Below, piece after piece: positions 8,473 to 17,460 of a stretch of DNA of 64,000 bases. This DNA is from Thermoplasmatota archaeon (lineage in GTDB: Archaea; Thermoplasmatota; Penumbrarchaeia; Penumbrarchaeales; Penumbrarchaeaceae), in contig JBLIRH010000003.1 in NCBI GenBank assembly GCA_049472215.1, forward strand, positions 7,084-71,083, given 5' to 3'. The position numbers were made by a program, and so were the translations under genes. Each line of letters starts with the position of its first letter. Position 1 is the first letter of the stretch. Below the pieces are notes generated by a model, which was given only the letters and a program-made list of their open reading frames with translations, was not told the DNA's origin and did no database searches.

Positions 8473-10317
8473 TCATCTGAAATACCTATCTCCGTGATAA
8501 TCATTCTCCCCGGAGAGGAGCTTGATGTCGTAGAACCTTGGGAGGCTCTGGAGCACCCTCTCGTCCTGGTACCTTCTATCCATAAGTATCACAAGGTTCC
8601 GTCCCTCGCCCGGGGCGCCCGCCATGGAATTGACCATCTCCATTACACTGGTCAGGGCAGGGAGAAGCACAGATATCACATGTCCGAGGTTCGTCCCGTG
8701 GACCTTCTGCATGTGGACCTTTAACTGGTTCGACCTTGGGGTAGGTGGCGGAATGTGCATCCCGACGACGATCACGGTATCCGGTCTGATGGCCCCCTGG
8801 ATAAGGGACCTTGACAAGAATCCTTTCTGCACGCTCATGATGAGCAGGTCCCCGCCGAGTTCCGTCTCCTCAAGGACCTTTCTCTTCTCGTCCCTTCCCA
8901 TCCCCCTTGTTTCCTCGATGATCGGGCGGTCGAACTCGTGCTCCACCAGTTCCTGCATGACGCTGTCCATGATGAAATAGGAGGGGAAGACCGCCATTAC
9001 CATTCCGGGCGTGGACGAAGTCACCTTGATGATATTCTGGACGATCGTCCTCCAGGTGGAAGCATCCCTGTTCTTGTACGAGGTCTCTACGTTGCCAAAG
9101 CTGACGACCGATGTCCTGGACAGGTACTCATGGGTGATGTAGGACCGGTTCAGGGTATCCTCCGGTTTAAGACCGAGGAGCCTTGTGTAAAGCTCCTGAG
9201 GGTACAGCTTATCCCCGAAGAGGACAACGGTTGGGAAGGATTCGAGTATCGGTCTGACCATTACCTGGAGATCAAGAAGGGAAAGTGAGATCATCCTGAT
9301 GTCCCTGTCCTCCTCTACCGTCCGGGCCACGGAGGAATGCTCTTTCATCCAGAGCTTGAGGAAAAGATAGAGGTCCTTGACCTTCTTTCTGTCCGTTATC
9401 CTCCCGAACATTCCGATGTTTAGGAGCCCCTTAAGGTCGTCCAGAACGTTCTGGATGCCCTCCGATACATTTTTTGAGACAGCATTCGTGCGGTAGAGCT
9501 GGATGAGGTTCTTCCTTTCGAGGGGTTTGTTCGTGTCCCATGAAGAAAGAAGCTCCCTCATGGAATCGAGAAGCACATGGACAGCTTCCCTCTTCGATCC
9601 ATCCAAACCGTCAAGGTCCCAGTTCTCGGAGAGTAGGTCCTGTTCGGTGAAACTGTACCTGAATCGGTTCCATAGATGCTCCGTGAGGGAAGGCGGGTCG
9701 CTGATGGCAAGGATCGTCTCGCCGGGATCATGGCCCATGAACTCGAAAAGCCTGTCCCACCCCTCGGAGAAAATGAAACCGTAATCTGAGACTATGACCC
9801 TCGCCTCCGTGGCGATGTCAATGGCAAGACGTGCGGGACACATCCCCTTCTCCTTGATCGCATCGGTCATGTCTCCGATCAGGGCCCCTCCGCTATCCTT
9901 TATGTCCCTGTAGATGTCCAGGTCGAATCCCGTCTGGTACTCGCACAGGTCCATCCTGTCCTTCCTCACGCAATGATTGAGCAGATCGCCGGGGTCCGTA
10001 TCCGAACCGTCCATATTGCACATCAGGTCCCGGGAGGTGAACGATACAACCTTGCCCCCCGGTCCGCCGATCGTTGCGATCGAGCTCAGAAGCTTCGTCA
10101 TCTCATGAACATTTTCCATGGGAGAAAGGACTATCAGTTTCTTCCTTCGCGACAAGGCTTCCTGGTATATCTTCCGGATGAAGGTCCTTGGAAGCTCCCC
10201 AGTCATCGGGATAAGTGCAAGCATGTGCTTCTTCCGGTCCAGGGCGTGGGCTATATCGCCGTTCACTCCCATAAGAGCACCATTTTGGGTGTTCCCACCC
10301 ATGCTTTCAGCTTCCAT
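8473..10317 (-). CDS. XPD/Rad3-family helicase-like protein with degenerate ATPase motifs (predicted catalytically inactive); 4 Cys of the Fe-S domain retained
   Basis: The motif order is XPD-like. PMTGELPRT replaces the Walker A PTGSGKT. Four Cys occur in Fe-S-domain-like positions (MCNMDG, NHCVRKD, DLCEYQ, GMCPARL), followed by VIVSDYGFIF. AISDPPSL replaces DEAH. The C-terminal half resembles helicase_C_2 (VVGMHIPPPTP, MDRRYQDERV) but lacks the QxxGRxxR motif VI. Start is ATG 10317, or GTG 10326 in the track. Confidence 0.65.
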   Translation of the reverse strand: MEAESMGGNTQNGALMGVNGDIAHALDRKKHMLALIPMTGELPRTFIRKIYQEALSRRKKLIVLSPMENVHEMTKLLSSIATIGGPGGKVVSFTSRDLMCNMDGSDTDPGDLLNHCVRKDRMDLCEYQTGFDLDIYRDIKDSGGALIGDMTDAIKEKGMCPARLAIDIATEARVIVSDYGFIFSEGWDRLFEFMGHDPGETILAISDPPSLTEHLWNRFRYSFTEQDLLSENWDLDGLDGSKREAVHVLLDSMRELLSSWDTNKPLERKNLIQLYRTNAVSKNVSEGIQNVLDDLKGLLNIGMFGRITDRKKVKDLYLFLKLWMKEHSSVARTVEEDRDIRMISLSLLDLQVMVRPILESFPTVVLFGDKLYPQELYTRLLGLKPEDTLNRSYITHEYLSRTSVVSFGNVETSYKNRDASTWRTIVQNIIKVTSSTPGMVMAVFPSYFIMDSVMQELVEHEFDRPIIEETRGMGRDEKRKVLEETELGGDLLIMSVQKGFLSRSLIQGAIRPDTVIVVGMHIPPPTPRSNQLKVHMQKVHGTNLGHVISVLLPALTSVMEMVNSMAGAPGEGRNLVILMDRRYQDERVLQSLPRFYDIKLLSGENDYHGDRYFR

Positions 10318-10418
10318 CAAGCACACCCTAGAACATCACCGGAGCTTGAAGATGAGGCCCCATTCCCTCATTCCAATTACCCTCTACAATGGTACTGATT
10401 CGATTTAAATCGTGCTAC

Positions 10419-10503
10419 GTATCATTGTTTCCGTTGAGGTATCAACAGGAAGAGAAACATATGATACGAAATATCAATATATGATACCCGGAATTCGTAT
10501 CAT
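10419..10503. promoter_or_regulatory. Candidate operator array in a divergent promoter: four copies of the 7-mer GTATCAT/ATGATAC
   Basis: GTATCAT at 10419-10425, ATGATAC at 10461-10467 and 10481-10487, GTATCAT at 10497-10503. The last two form a perfect inverted repeat (ATGATAC-n9-GTATCAT) that ends 1 nt before the ATG at 10505. AT-rich TATA-like stretches lie at 10404-10410 (TTTAAAT) and about 10469-10480. Confidence 0.5.
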
Positions 10504-10504
10504 T

Positions 10505-11263
10505 ATGGCGTCCCATTCTAACATAGTCCATGTGATACCCATGGGTCTTGAACTGGACAGGGTCCTCGGAGGGTTGAAGGAGTTTCCCACGAACCATGCT
10601 ATCCTTCTCTACGGATTGGACCGAAAAAGCTCCATCGAGGTAAAGGCAAGGAACAACGGTGAGCGTCTGAAGGAGATGGTTTCAGCAACCATAGACGTCG
10701 AGGAGATCGAGATGGACATTTTCGATTTCTATTCCGCTTCCAGGTCATTGCGGGAGCTTTTCCAGGACCTCAGACAAAGAGGATATGAGGTATACATCAA
10801 CCTGTCAACAGGGAACCGGATAGTTTCGTCCGCAGCGCTCCTGGCCGCATTCATGACCAGGTCGCACCCCTACTATGTCAAACCGGAGAGATATTCGATC
10901 CCAGAGGATCAGGAGGTCCTCTCCTACGGGGTTGCTAGTGTCATGGAGATACCCTCAGTGACGATAATGGGACCAAAGAAGGAGGAGGAAGAGGTGCTCA
11001 AGGTCCTCGGCAGAATAGGGGGGGTCGCAAGGCATGAGACCTCCCTGATACCTTACCTTGAAACGGTAAGGGGATTCTTCAAGCAGAGGAAGGAGGAAGA
11101 GAGCAAGAGATCATACCTCGCAAGGAACAGAGCCCACCTTTCGAGGGTCCTCAGGTCCCTCGAAAGAGAGGGATATATCAGTCTGATGAAGAAGGGACGC
11201 TACGTCAACGTCGTCCTGACCGAGACAGGGCAGCTCTTCTGCGGACCTCCAGGGGAGGAGTGA
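10505..11263 (+). CDS. Csa3-like regulator: CARF-like Rossmann domain plus C-terminal winged HTH
   Basis: N-terminal IVHVIPMGLELDRV strand-loop, then EIEMDIFDFYSASRSLRELF and INLSTGNRIVSSAALLAAF near residue 100. These match the Csa3/CARF hallmark (D/N-L-T/S-x-G-x-R) at the same spacing. The C-terminus is wHTH-like (LSRVLRSLEREGYISLMKKGRYVNVVLTETG). I prefer ATG 10505 over the track start 10412. Confidence 0.6.
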   Translation: MASHSNIVHVIPMGLELDRVLGGLKEFPTNHAILLYGLDRKSSIEVKARNNGERLKEMVSATIDVEEIEMDIFDFYSASRSLRELFQDLRQRGYEVYINLSTGNRIVSSAALLAAFMTRSHPYYVKPERYSIPEDQEVLSYGVASVMEIPSVTIMGPKKEEEEVLKVLGRIGGVARHETSLIPYLETVRGFFKQRKEEESKRSYLARNRAHLSRVLRSLEREGYISLMKKGRYVNVVLTETGQLFCGPPGEE

Positions 11264-11279
11264 AAGTTCACACCCCTGC

Positions 11280-12176
11280 TCACAGGCCCTTTGAGGCCAT
11301 GTTGATGTCCACCGATCTTCTGGTCCGTATCGAATCAGGAAGTATCACCATGACATCCTGGACGTCAGCCATTCTCCTGAAACGCTCGAGCATGAGGTCC
11401 ACAGCATGGAGGTCCCTCCCGAAGCATTTGAGCCAGAGACCTTTAGGTTTGTGAAGAGGGAACGAGTCCCAGCTCTCCTTTGATATCCTCATGACCTCGG
11501 AATAGCACGACTCGAAGGAGCAGTCCTTGACCATGGTGAGGATTATTGAAAAGGAGGGGAAGGGGTGGATCAGATCTTCCTGAATGACAGGTTTCACCTT
11601 GATCCCGGTCCGATCGAAGAGTGCAGCAAGGAGTGTTGCCGTTTCATCCGGACCCGCTTTGATCGATCCTGCAAGCTCCTCTACCTCCGCCCTCCCGTCC
11701 ATCACAAGGAGAGAGAGCAGTTTCAAAGCCTTTCCCTTCGGTCTTTTCGGTACTTCGTCAGGGAGAAGAGGGATGAAATGGTCGGTGACAGTAAATGGAG
11801 TGGTGATACGCTCCAAAGCCCTGATAGCGGCATTCAGAGACTCCGTATCCCAATGGACTACCTCGACCATCATGAAATCGTCCATATTGGGATAAATGGA
11901 CGCTACCTGGGGCAACCTCGAGATGTTCTCGATGACACTGTCGAATTTCCTGAAGTCGAAATGGAGCTTCAGATACGTGGTGTCGAACCCGAACATCCTC
12001 CTGTCAAAGAAAGCGGAGAAACCCTTCAGGACACCTTCCCGGGAAAGGAGCTTCATTCTTCTGTCGACATTTGGCGCCGATATCCCAAGCTGGGCGGAAA
12101 GGGCTTCGGCATCCCACCTACCGTGGGTGGTGAGGAGTGTGAGGAGCTCCAGGTCCTTGGCATCCATTATGAACAA
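11280..12176 (-). CDS. Tandem Lrp/AsnC-type transcriptional regulator (two HTH plus RAM-like modules)
   Basis: DLELLTLLTTHGRWDAEALSAQLGISAPNVDRRMKLLSREGVLKGF is a typical AsnC HTH. A second module reads LKLLSLLVMDGRAEVEELAGSIK. The gene sits directly upstream of glnA on the same strand. Confidence 0.75.
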   Translation of the reverse strand: MFIMDAKDLELLTLLTTHGRWDAEALSAQLGISAPNVDRRMKLLSREGVLKGFSAFFDRRMFGFDTTYLKLHFDFRKFDSVIENISRLPQVASIYPNMDDFMMVEVVHWDTESLNAAIRALERITTPFTVTDHFIPLLPDEVPKRPKGKALKLLSLLVMDGRAEVEELAGSIKAGPDETATLLAALFDRTGIKVKPVIQEDLIHPFPSFSIILTMVKDCSFESCYSEVMRISKESWDSFPLHKPKGLWLKCFGRDLHAVDLMLERFRRMADVQDVMVILPDSIRTRRSVDINMASKGL

Positions 12177-12272
12177 TAGTTATTTGTTCGGATAATATTT
12201 GCATTTTTCTTTAACTTGAGCGATATCCGATTAACTACGACGTTCGCAGGACCGGTTCAGGAACTTCACTAT

Positions 12273-13649
12273 TCAGAGCGGAAGGTATCTTTTCAGCTCC
12301 CAGTCAGTGACATGGGATCTGAACTCCATGACCTCTTTGTACTTCCTCTCGATGTGCGAGTTGAAAATGTCCTTTCCAACGGCCCTTTCGATGACCTCAT
12401 CGCTCCTTGCCGCCTCGATCGCCTCATGGAGCGATACGGGAAGCTGCTCTATCTGGAGCTCCTTCCTCTTCTTTCTGGTCATCTTGTTAGGATCGGTGGT
12501 AATAGGTTCCGGCGGCTCTATCTTTCTCTTGATGCCATCCAGTCCCGCCTCGACCAGAACAGTGAATGCAAGGTAGGGATTTGACGAGGTGTCCGAATGG
12601 CGCACTTCTATATCGCCGACCCTCCTGGCCCCCGGGGATCCGGGTATCCTTATCATCGCCGTCCTGTTCCTTTGACCCCATGTGGCAAAGACCGGTGCCT
12701 CGAACTCCGGTATCAATCTCTTGTATGAGTTGATGGAGGGGTTCGTGAACAGGCAGGTAGCCCTTGCATGCTCGATGATGCCGCCTATGTAGTATCTTGC
12801 CGTCTGCGAAAGACCTATCTCATCATCGGGGTCGGCGAAGGCTGTCCCGTTCTTGCCTTCGAGCCACATGTGGACATGCATTCCGTTGCCCGAATCCCTC
12901 TCGGTTATCTTCGGGATAAAGGAGACAGAATAGCCGAATTCCCGTGCGGTCAGCCGAGCCAGGAGCTTGTAGAGCATGGAATAGTCCCCGCATTTCACTA
13001 TATCGGGGACGTGTTTGAACTCGACCTCGACCTGATGGGCACCACCTTCGTGATGGTGGAACTTTATGTCGAGACCGGCCTTGATCAGATTGTGTGTAAA
13101 TTCGTTCCTGAAGGGATCGGAATTATCCCAGGGAACCGATGCGAAATACCCCTGTTTCGGGTGGATCGCATGCAGGGCGTCTATCTCCTTCCCTATATCC
13201 GATGCTGTAAAACCTTCCCTGAGAAGGTAGAACTCAAGCTCCGGTTGAAGATGAGCGGCCTTGAAACCCTGGTCTTCGAGGTGCGCACGACATCGCTTGG
13301 CAGCGTTCCTGGGATCTATCTGGAATGGAAATGATCCGTCCGGCTCCCAGGTGTCCGTGACGACCCTGGCTACCCTCTGGACACCTTCACCGTAGGGTAA
13401 TACCAGAAGGGTTTCCGGGTCCGGGATCGCCCTGAGGTCGGAGTTCTCCGTCTTAGCAAAACCAACCGAGGACCCGTCAAAGGTCATGCCGTCCTGCCAA
13501 AGCTTTCCGTTGAGCAGGTCGGAGGCGGGCACCGTGAACGATCTGATCTTTCCGTCAAGATCGGTGAATTGGCAGTAGACCCATGTCACGCCCTCGTCAG
13601 TGAGCTTTGCATTAGCCTGATCGATCAAAGTTTCCCTGCTGGAACTCAT
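12273..13649 (-). CDS. glnA: Glutamine synthetase, type I
   Basis: 458 aa with an N-terminal beta-grasp region (VTWVYCQFTDLDGKIRSF) and catalytic-region motifs (GNGMHVHMWL, NPSINSYKRL, RIPGSPGARRVGDIEVRHSDTSSNPYLA). Confidence 0.95.
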   Translation of the reverse strand: MSSSRETLIDQANAKLTDEGVTWVYCQFTDLDGKIRSFTVPASDLLNGKLWQDGMTFDGSSVGFAKTENSDLRAIPDPETLLVLPYGEGVQRVARVVTDTWEPDGSFPFQIDPRNAAKRCRAHLEDQGFKAAHLQPELEFYLLREGFTASDIGKEIDALHAIHPKQGYFASVPWDNSDPFRNEFTHNLIKAGLDIKFHHHEGGAHQVEVEFKHVPDIVKCGDYSMLYKLLARLTAREFGYSVSFIPKITERDSGNGMHVHMWLEGKNGTAFADPDDEIGLSQTARYYIGGIIEHARATCLFTNPSINSYKRLIPEFEAPVFATWGQRNRTAMIRIPGSPGARRVGDIEVRHSDTSSNPYLAFTVLVEAGLDGIKRKIEPPEPITTDPNKMTRKKRKELQIEQLPVSLHEAIEAARSDEVIERAVGKDIFNSHIERKYKEVMEFRSHVTDWELKRYLPL

Positions 13650-13715
13650 ACAAGCACCTCACGGCCAACGGGAAAGGTTGGCCCTCTTTAAAAAGATTTT
13701 CAGTTCCAGCGCGAA

Positions 13716-15023
13716 TCAGGAAAGCTTCCAATCCTTTCCAGCCATGAGGTAGGTCGGCCCAGTTCTGGATGTGTCGATGTCGATGAACTCCCCCAGAAGG
13801 TCATTTCCGGCCTCGATAACGATGGGAGTGTAATTTTCATCCCTGGCCATCATGGTCCCTTTCTTTCCGACCTCGGTTATGAGACATCTCTGATGATGTC
13901 CCAGCCTTTCCTTGAGTATCGATGGGAGGAGCTTCTGGTGAAATTTCGTGGCTTCCCTTGACCTTTCCTTCTGGACCCATCCTTTCACCTGGTCTTTCAT
14001 TGCATTTGCAGGGGTACCGGGACGCGGGGAGAAACGGGTTATGTTCAGCACATCCGGGGAGATCTCCTCGATCAACTCCATGCTTTTCTCATGATCAGAA
14101 CCCTCTTCTCCGGGGAACCCGATTATCAGGTCAGTTGATATCGATGCCTTTGGAAAGCGTTCCCTTATTCTCCTGAGCATATTCCGATACTCGTCAACAG
14201 AGTATCCCCTGTTCATATTCTCAAGCACCCTGTCTGAACCTGACTGCACAGGCACATGGAAGAACTTGAAGACCCTTGGATGATCGAAACCCGACAGGAT
14301 GCTGTCCAGTCGTTCATCGGCCAGCACAGGATTCATCATTCCTACCCTGATCCTGTGGTCAGGCAGGTCGACCGATGTTATGTCCCGGAGCAGGAGACCC
14401 AGGTCACCACCGGTCATATCAAGGCCGTAGGCGGCCGAATCCTGTGATGTTAGCAGGACCTCCTTTCTCCCCGCCATGACCCCGGAAGATATTCTGGCTG
14501 CAATTTCCGACAGGGGATAGGATCCTACTCCACCCCTGGCGATCCTGGTTATGCAGTAAGAGCAGTTTCCTGCGCATCCCGACGATATCGGGACGATCGT
14601 GTCGATCCTTTCCACGGATGGATGGAAGTATAGAGGGTCAGGCCCATTGCTCACAAGCTCTTCTTCGAACATCGAGGTCAGGGAGCTCTCCAGGGATCCG
14701 AGCCCCATCGAGTCCAATATCCTGGCGTCCGGGAACCTCCTCAAGATCTCTGCCGGAGAGATCGCTGCGAGGCAGCCGGCGACCATCAATCTCTTTCCCC
14801 CGGCCGTCAGTTCCTCCATCCTCCTCCACATTCTTCTCTCGGTCGAGGATATTACGTCGCAGGTGAACAGGATATGAAGGTCCCCTTCAAGACCTTCCTC
14901 CTGAACTCCTGATCCGAGATGGACCTTGAAGCCTCTGGACGATAGTATCTCCGCTGCCCTTCTGGCCTCTCCATGGTTCATCGTACATCCGAAGGATTCA
15001 ATTGTTACGGGAACAGGCTCCAC
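13716..15023 (-). CDS. Radical SAM methylthiotransferase, MiaB/MtaB family (archaeal tRNA t6A37 methylthiotransferase type)
   Basis: N-terminal UPF0004-type domain (IESFGCTMNHGE), radical SAM CxxxCxxC motif (SSGCAGNCSYCITRIARG) and a C-terminal TRAM-like domain. Confidence 0.85.
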   Translation of the reverse strand: MEPVPVTIESFGCTMNHGEARRAAEILSSRGFKVHLGSGVQEEGLEGDLHILFTCDVISSTERRMWRRMEELTAGGKRLMVAGCLAAISPAEILRRFPDARILDSMGLGSLESSLTSMFEEELVSNGPDPLYFHPSVERIDTIVPISSGCAGNCSYCITRIARGGVGSYPLSEIAARISSGVMAGRKEVLLTSQDSAAYGLDMTGGDLGLLLRDITSVDLPDHRIRVGMMNPVLADERLDSILSGFDHPRVFKFFHVPVQSGSDRVLENMNRGYSVDEYRNMLRRIRERFPKASISTDLIIGFPGEEGSDHEKSMELIEEISPDVLNITRFSPRPGTPANAMKDQVKGWVQKERSREATKFHQKLLPSILKERLGHHQRCLITEVGKKGTMMARDENYTPIVIEAGNDLLGEFIDIDTSRTGPTYLMAGKDWKLS

Positions 15024-15080
15024 GCTGGTCAGGAGTTAAAGGTCGTATATACCACTTTTTACCTTGGTCCTAGGTCAGGA

Positions 15081-17402
15081 TCATTCCTCTTTATTGTTCA
15101 GCTTCCCAAGGGACGGAGCCCTCTTGGGGACCTTTTCCTCTATGATACCGTCATCCTGGTCCTTCTTCTTCCTCTTCTTCGGTGAACTTTCATCGCCTTT
15201 GCTGGAGGGCAGTGTCGGAACCTCCTTTTTGGGAAGCGAGGGTTCCTTTCTCGATACGGCTTTCAGCTCACCTCTAGCACCTCTGCCGCCCTTCAGCTCC
15301 GGTGACCTCCTTTTGCCGTAAACCTCATCGTACTTCGCCTTGGTTTCGGCCTCCTTCGTTGCCTTGCTCCTCTGTCCAGTAACGAACAGGGCTATGAAGA
15401 CGACGATCACCAGCACCATCAATCCAAGAAAGAGGATCATCGCGCCCCAGTTCCTGGTCACTTCACCGGACCTTATGAATATCTCATCCTCCGATTTTGC
15501 ACTGGGGGCCTGGGTCTGGATCTCGTAAACATCCCCGTATAGTGACAGATACGCAAAATGGCTCACCCTGGTGCTCACATCGGCCTTCCAGGACACGTTG
15601 AACTCCTTTTCGTCGCCGGGAAGTATCATGCCAACCTCTCCATCGAGGATGACCGTGCCCGCAAGCTGGATCTTCCATTTGACGTCCCCCTCCCTCGTGG
15701 CGTAAGGATAATCGTTCCGGATCGTGAAGATGAAATATATCCTATCATTGAGGTCATATTGGGGTTTCGGATAGAGCTTCAGGTCCGGGATCCCGTCCAT
15801 GTCCATATCTATGATCTTCAGGTCAGTGATGATGAGCCTAAGGGACAGCTGGACGAAGCTCTGCTTTACCAGCTGGCCGTAATTGTATTTGATCCCCACC
15901 ACACCGCTTTCGGGCATGGTCTCCAAGGGGACGAAGGTGGAAAGTGTTACCCTGACCCCCTGCGACGGAGATAGCGAGATAACGATGGATTCGAGATCGG
16001 TCTCCGTGAAAATGAACCTTACCGGATCTGACCCGGAAACGTTGAGCTCGGCATCTCCGGATACCGTTACTTCATCCGTCCCGCCGCCAACCTGGACCGA
16101 ATGGAAGACGAAAGGAGCCCATGCCGGTCTGTTCTCGAGCTCGAGGGTTACCTTATCAAAGAAATTGCCGCGGTTCCAAACGTCGAAGGTGACCAGGTTG
16201 TCACCGAGGGTCATGCGGTAAGTGTTCTGTCCCGATGGAGGTGTCGGGATCGCTTCTACCGCATCCCTTCTTGCCACCTCAACCTTCAACCTGAACTCGG
16301 TGACGTTCGAGGTTCCTGTCGCTTTCATTATCACTTCATGCTTGCCGGCGAAAGCGGTCGGAGGGACGTAAACCACAGGATGGAACCTCCTGGAGGACTC
16401 CGGGTCCACCGATACCGAGAAATCCGTTGGATCGACCGTATCGTTGAAACCGACCCCCCACCCGCTCGGGGTGTAGAATTCGGATATGATCACATAATCG
16501 GTCTCGGTCGCAAGGTTGTCGATGATCAGGTCGAAGGAGACCGAGGAACCTGGGTTGACCTTCTGATACCCGATCGGTGTCACCGATGTCCTCAGATCGA
16601 ATATGGTCTGCACCCTGAATGTTAATGACTGGGATGAGAACGGACGGGTTATGCCCTCCACCTCCGCTTCGGCAGAGGCGACCTTCTGGGAGCCGATCGG
16701 TTCGAACTCCGGTGCCCGGACCTTGGCTATTATCGTCTTTTCCGCCTGCGGCGGTATCAGGAATGTCCTCTCGGAGAACTTGACGGTCCAGGTATCCTGG
16801 ACCGGAACATCCGAGGGCAGCATTCCTGGAATACCGAGGGATACGTTCAATACGACGTTCCCGATGTTCTCGATCACAAGTTCCACATCTGCCGGTACCT
16901 GCCTTCCCAGTATGAAGGAGGAACTCTTTGCCGATATCAGGAGAGGCCCTTTCTGGCAGACGATCTGAAGTGTGATGGTCCAGAACTTCTCGGAACCCTC
17001 GTCCGTCACGTTGATGAGGATGTCCGCGGTACCGATCTTTGGATTCTTGATATAGAGATAGATCGAATCCGATTCGTAGGCCTCGAGGTCCACGGGCATG
17101 TTCTGGTTCCCGTTCTGGAGGAAAACGAGCCATCCTTCAGGGGCACCCGATACCTTCACCCTGTAACGGACCTCGGTTGGAGCCGGATTCTCAAGCCTTA
17201 TCAGGTAGTTCTCGGTCTCCCCGGGCTGCAGGTAATCTATGTAGGTCGTGGTTCCCAGGACTTCCTTGGAATATCCTCCTGAAAGGCTGACCGGATAGCC
17301 TTCCGGCAGGGCGCTTGACTCCTGCGTTCCGATCAAACCGAGCAGTAACGGTCCGATGATCGTGCAGAGGATCGCGATTGGAAGCAGGTGTCTGTATCTC
17401 AT
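15081..17402 (-). CDS. Large surface protein with repeated Ig-like (CARDB/NEW3-like) domains; signal peptide, C-terminal TM and Lys-rich tail
   Basis: 773 aa. N-terminal hydrophobic signal (LLPIAILCTIIGPLLLGLIG). Repeated beta-rich segments of the type YLIRLENPAPTEVRYRVKVSGAPEGW. C-terminal TM (AMILFLGLMVLVIVVFIALFV) is followed by a K/E-rich tail. Confidence 0.6.
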   Translation of the reverse strand: MRYRHLLPIAILCTIIGPLLLGLIGTQESSALPEGYPVSLSGGYSKEVLGTTTYIDYLQPGETENYLIRLENPAPTEVRYRVKVSGAPEGWLVFLQNGNQNMPVDLEAYESDSIYLYIKNPKIGTADILINVTDEGSEKFWTITLQIVCQKGPLLISAKSSSFILGRQVPADVELVIENIGNVVLNVSLGIPGMLPSDVPVQDTWTVKFSERTFLIPPQAEKTIIAKVRAPEFEPIGSQKVASAEAEVEGITRPFSSQSLTFRVQTIFDLRTSVTPIGYQKVNPGSSVSFDLIIDNLATETDYVIISEFYTPSGWGVGFNDTVDPTDFSVSVDPESSRRFHPVVYVPPTAFAGKHEVIMKATGTSNVTEFRLKVEVARRDAVEAIPTPPSGQNTYRMTLGDNLVTFDVWNRGNFFDKVTLELENRPAWAPFVFHSVQVGGGTDEVTVSGDAELNVSGSDPVRFIFTETDLESIVISLSPSQGVRVTLSTFVPLETMPESGVVGIKYNYGQLVKQSFVQLSLRLIITDLKIIDMDMDGIPDLKLYPKPQYDLNDRIYFIFTIRNDYPYATREGDVKWKIQLAGTVILDGEVGMILPGDEKEFNVSWKADVSTRVSHFAYLSLYGDVYEIQTQAPSAKSEDEIFIRSGEVTRNWGAMILFLGLMVLVIVVFIALFVTGQRSKATKEAETKAKYDEVYGKRRSPELKGGRGARGELKAVSRKEPSLPKKEVPTLPSSKGDESSPKKRKKKDQDDGIIEEKVPKRAPSLGKLNNKEE

Positions 17403-17460
17403 TTCGGCACCACCAGTTCATTTAAGATGGGGCTATAAATAATTGGTGGATTGATGAACA

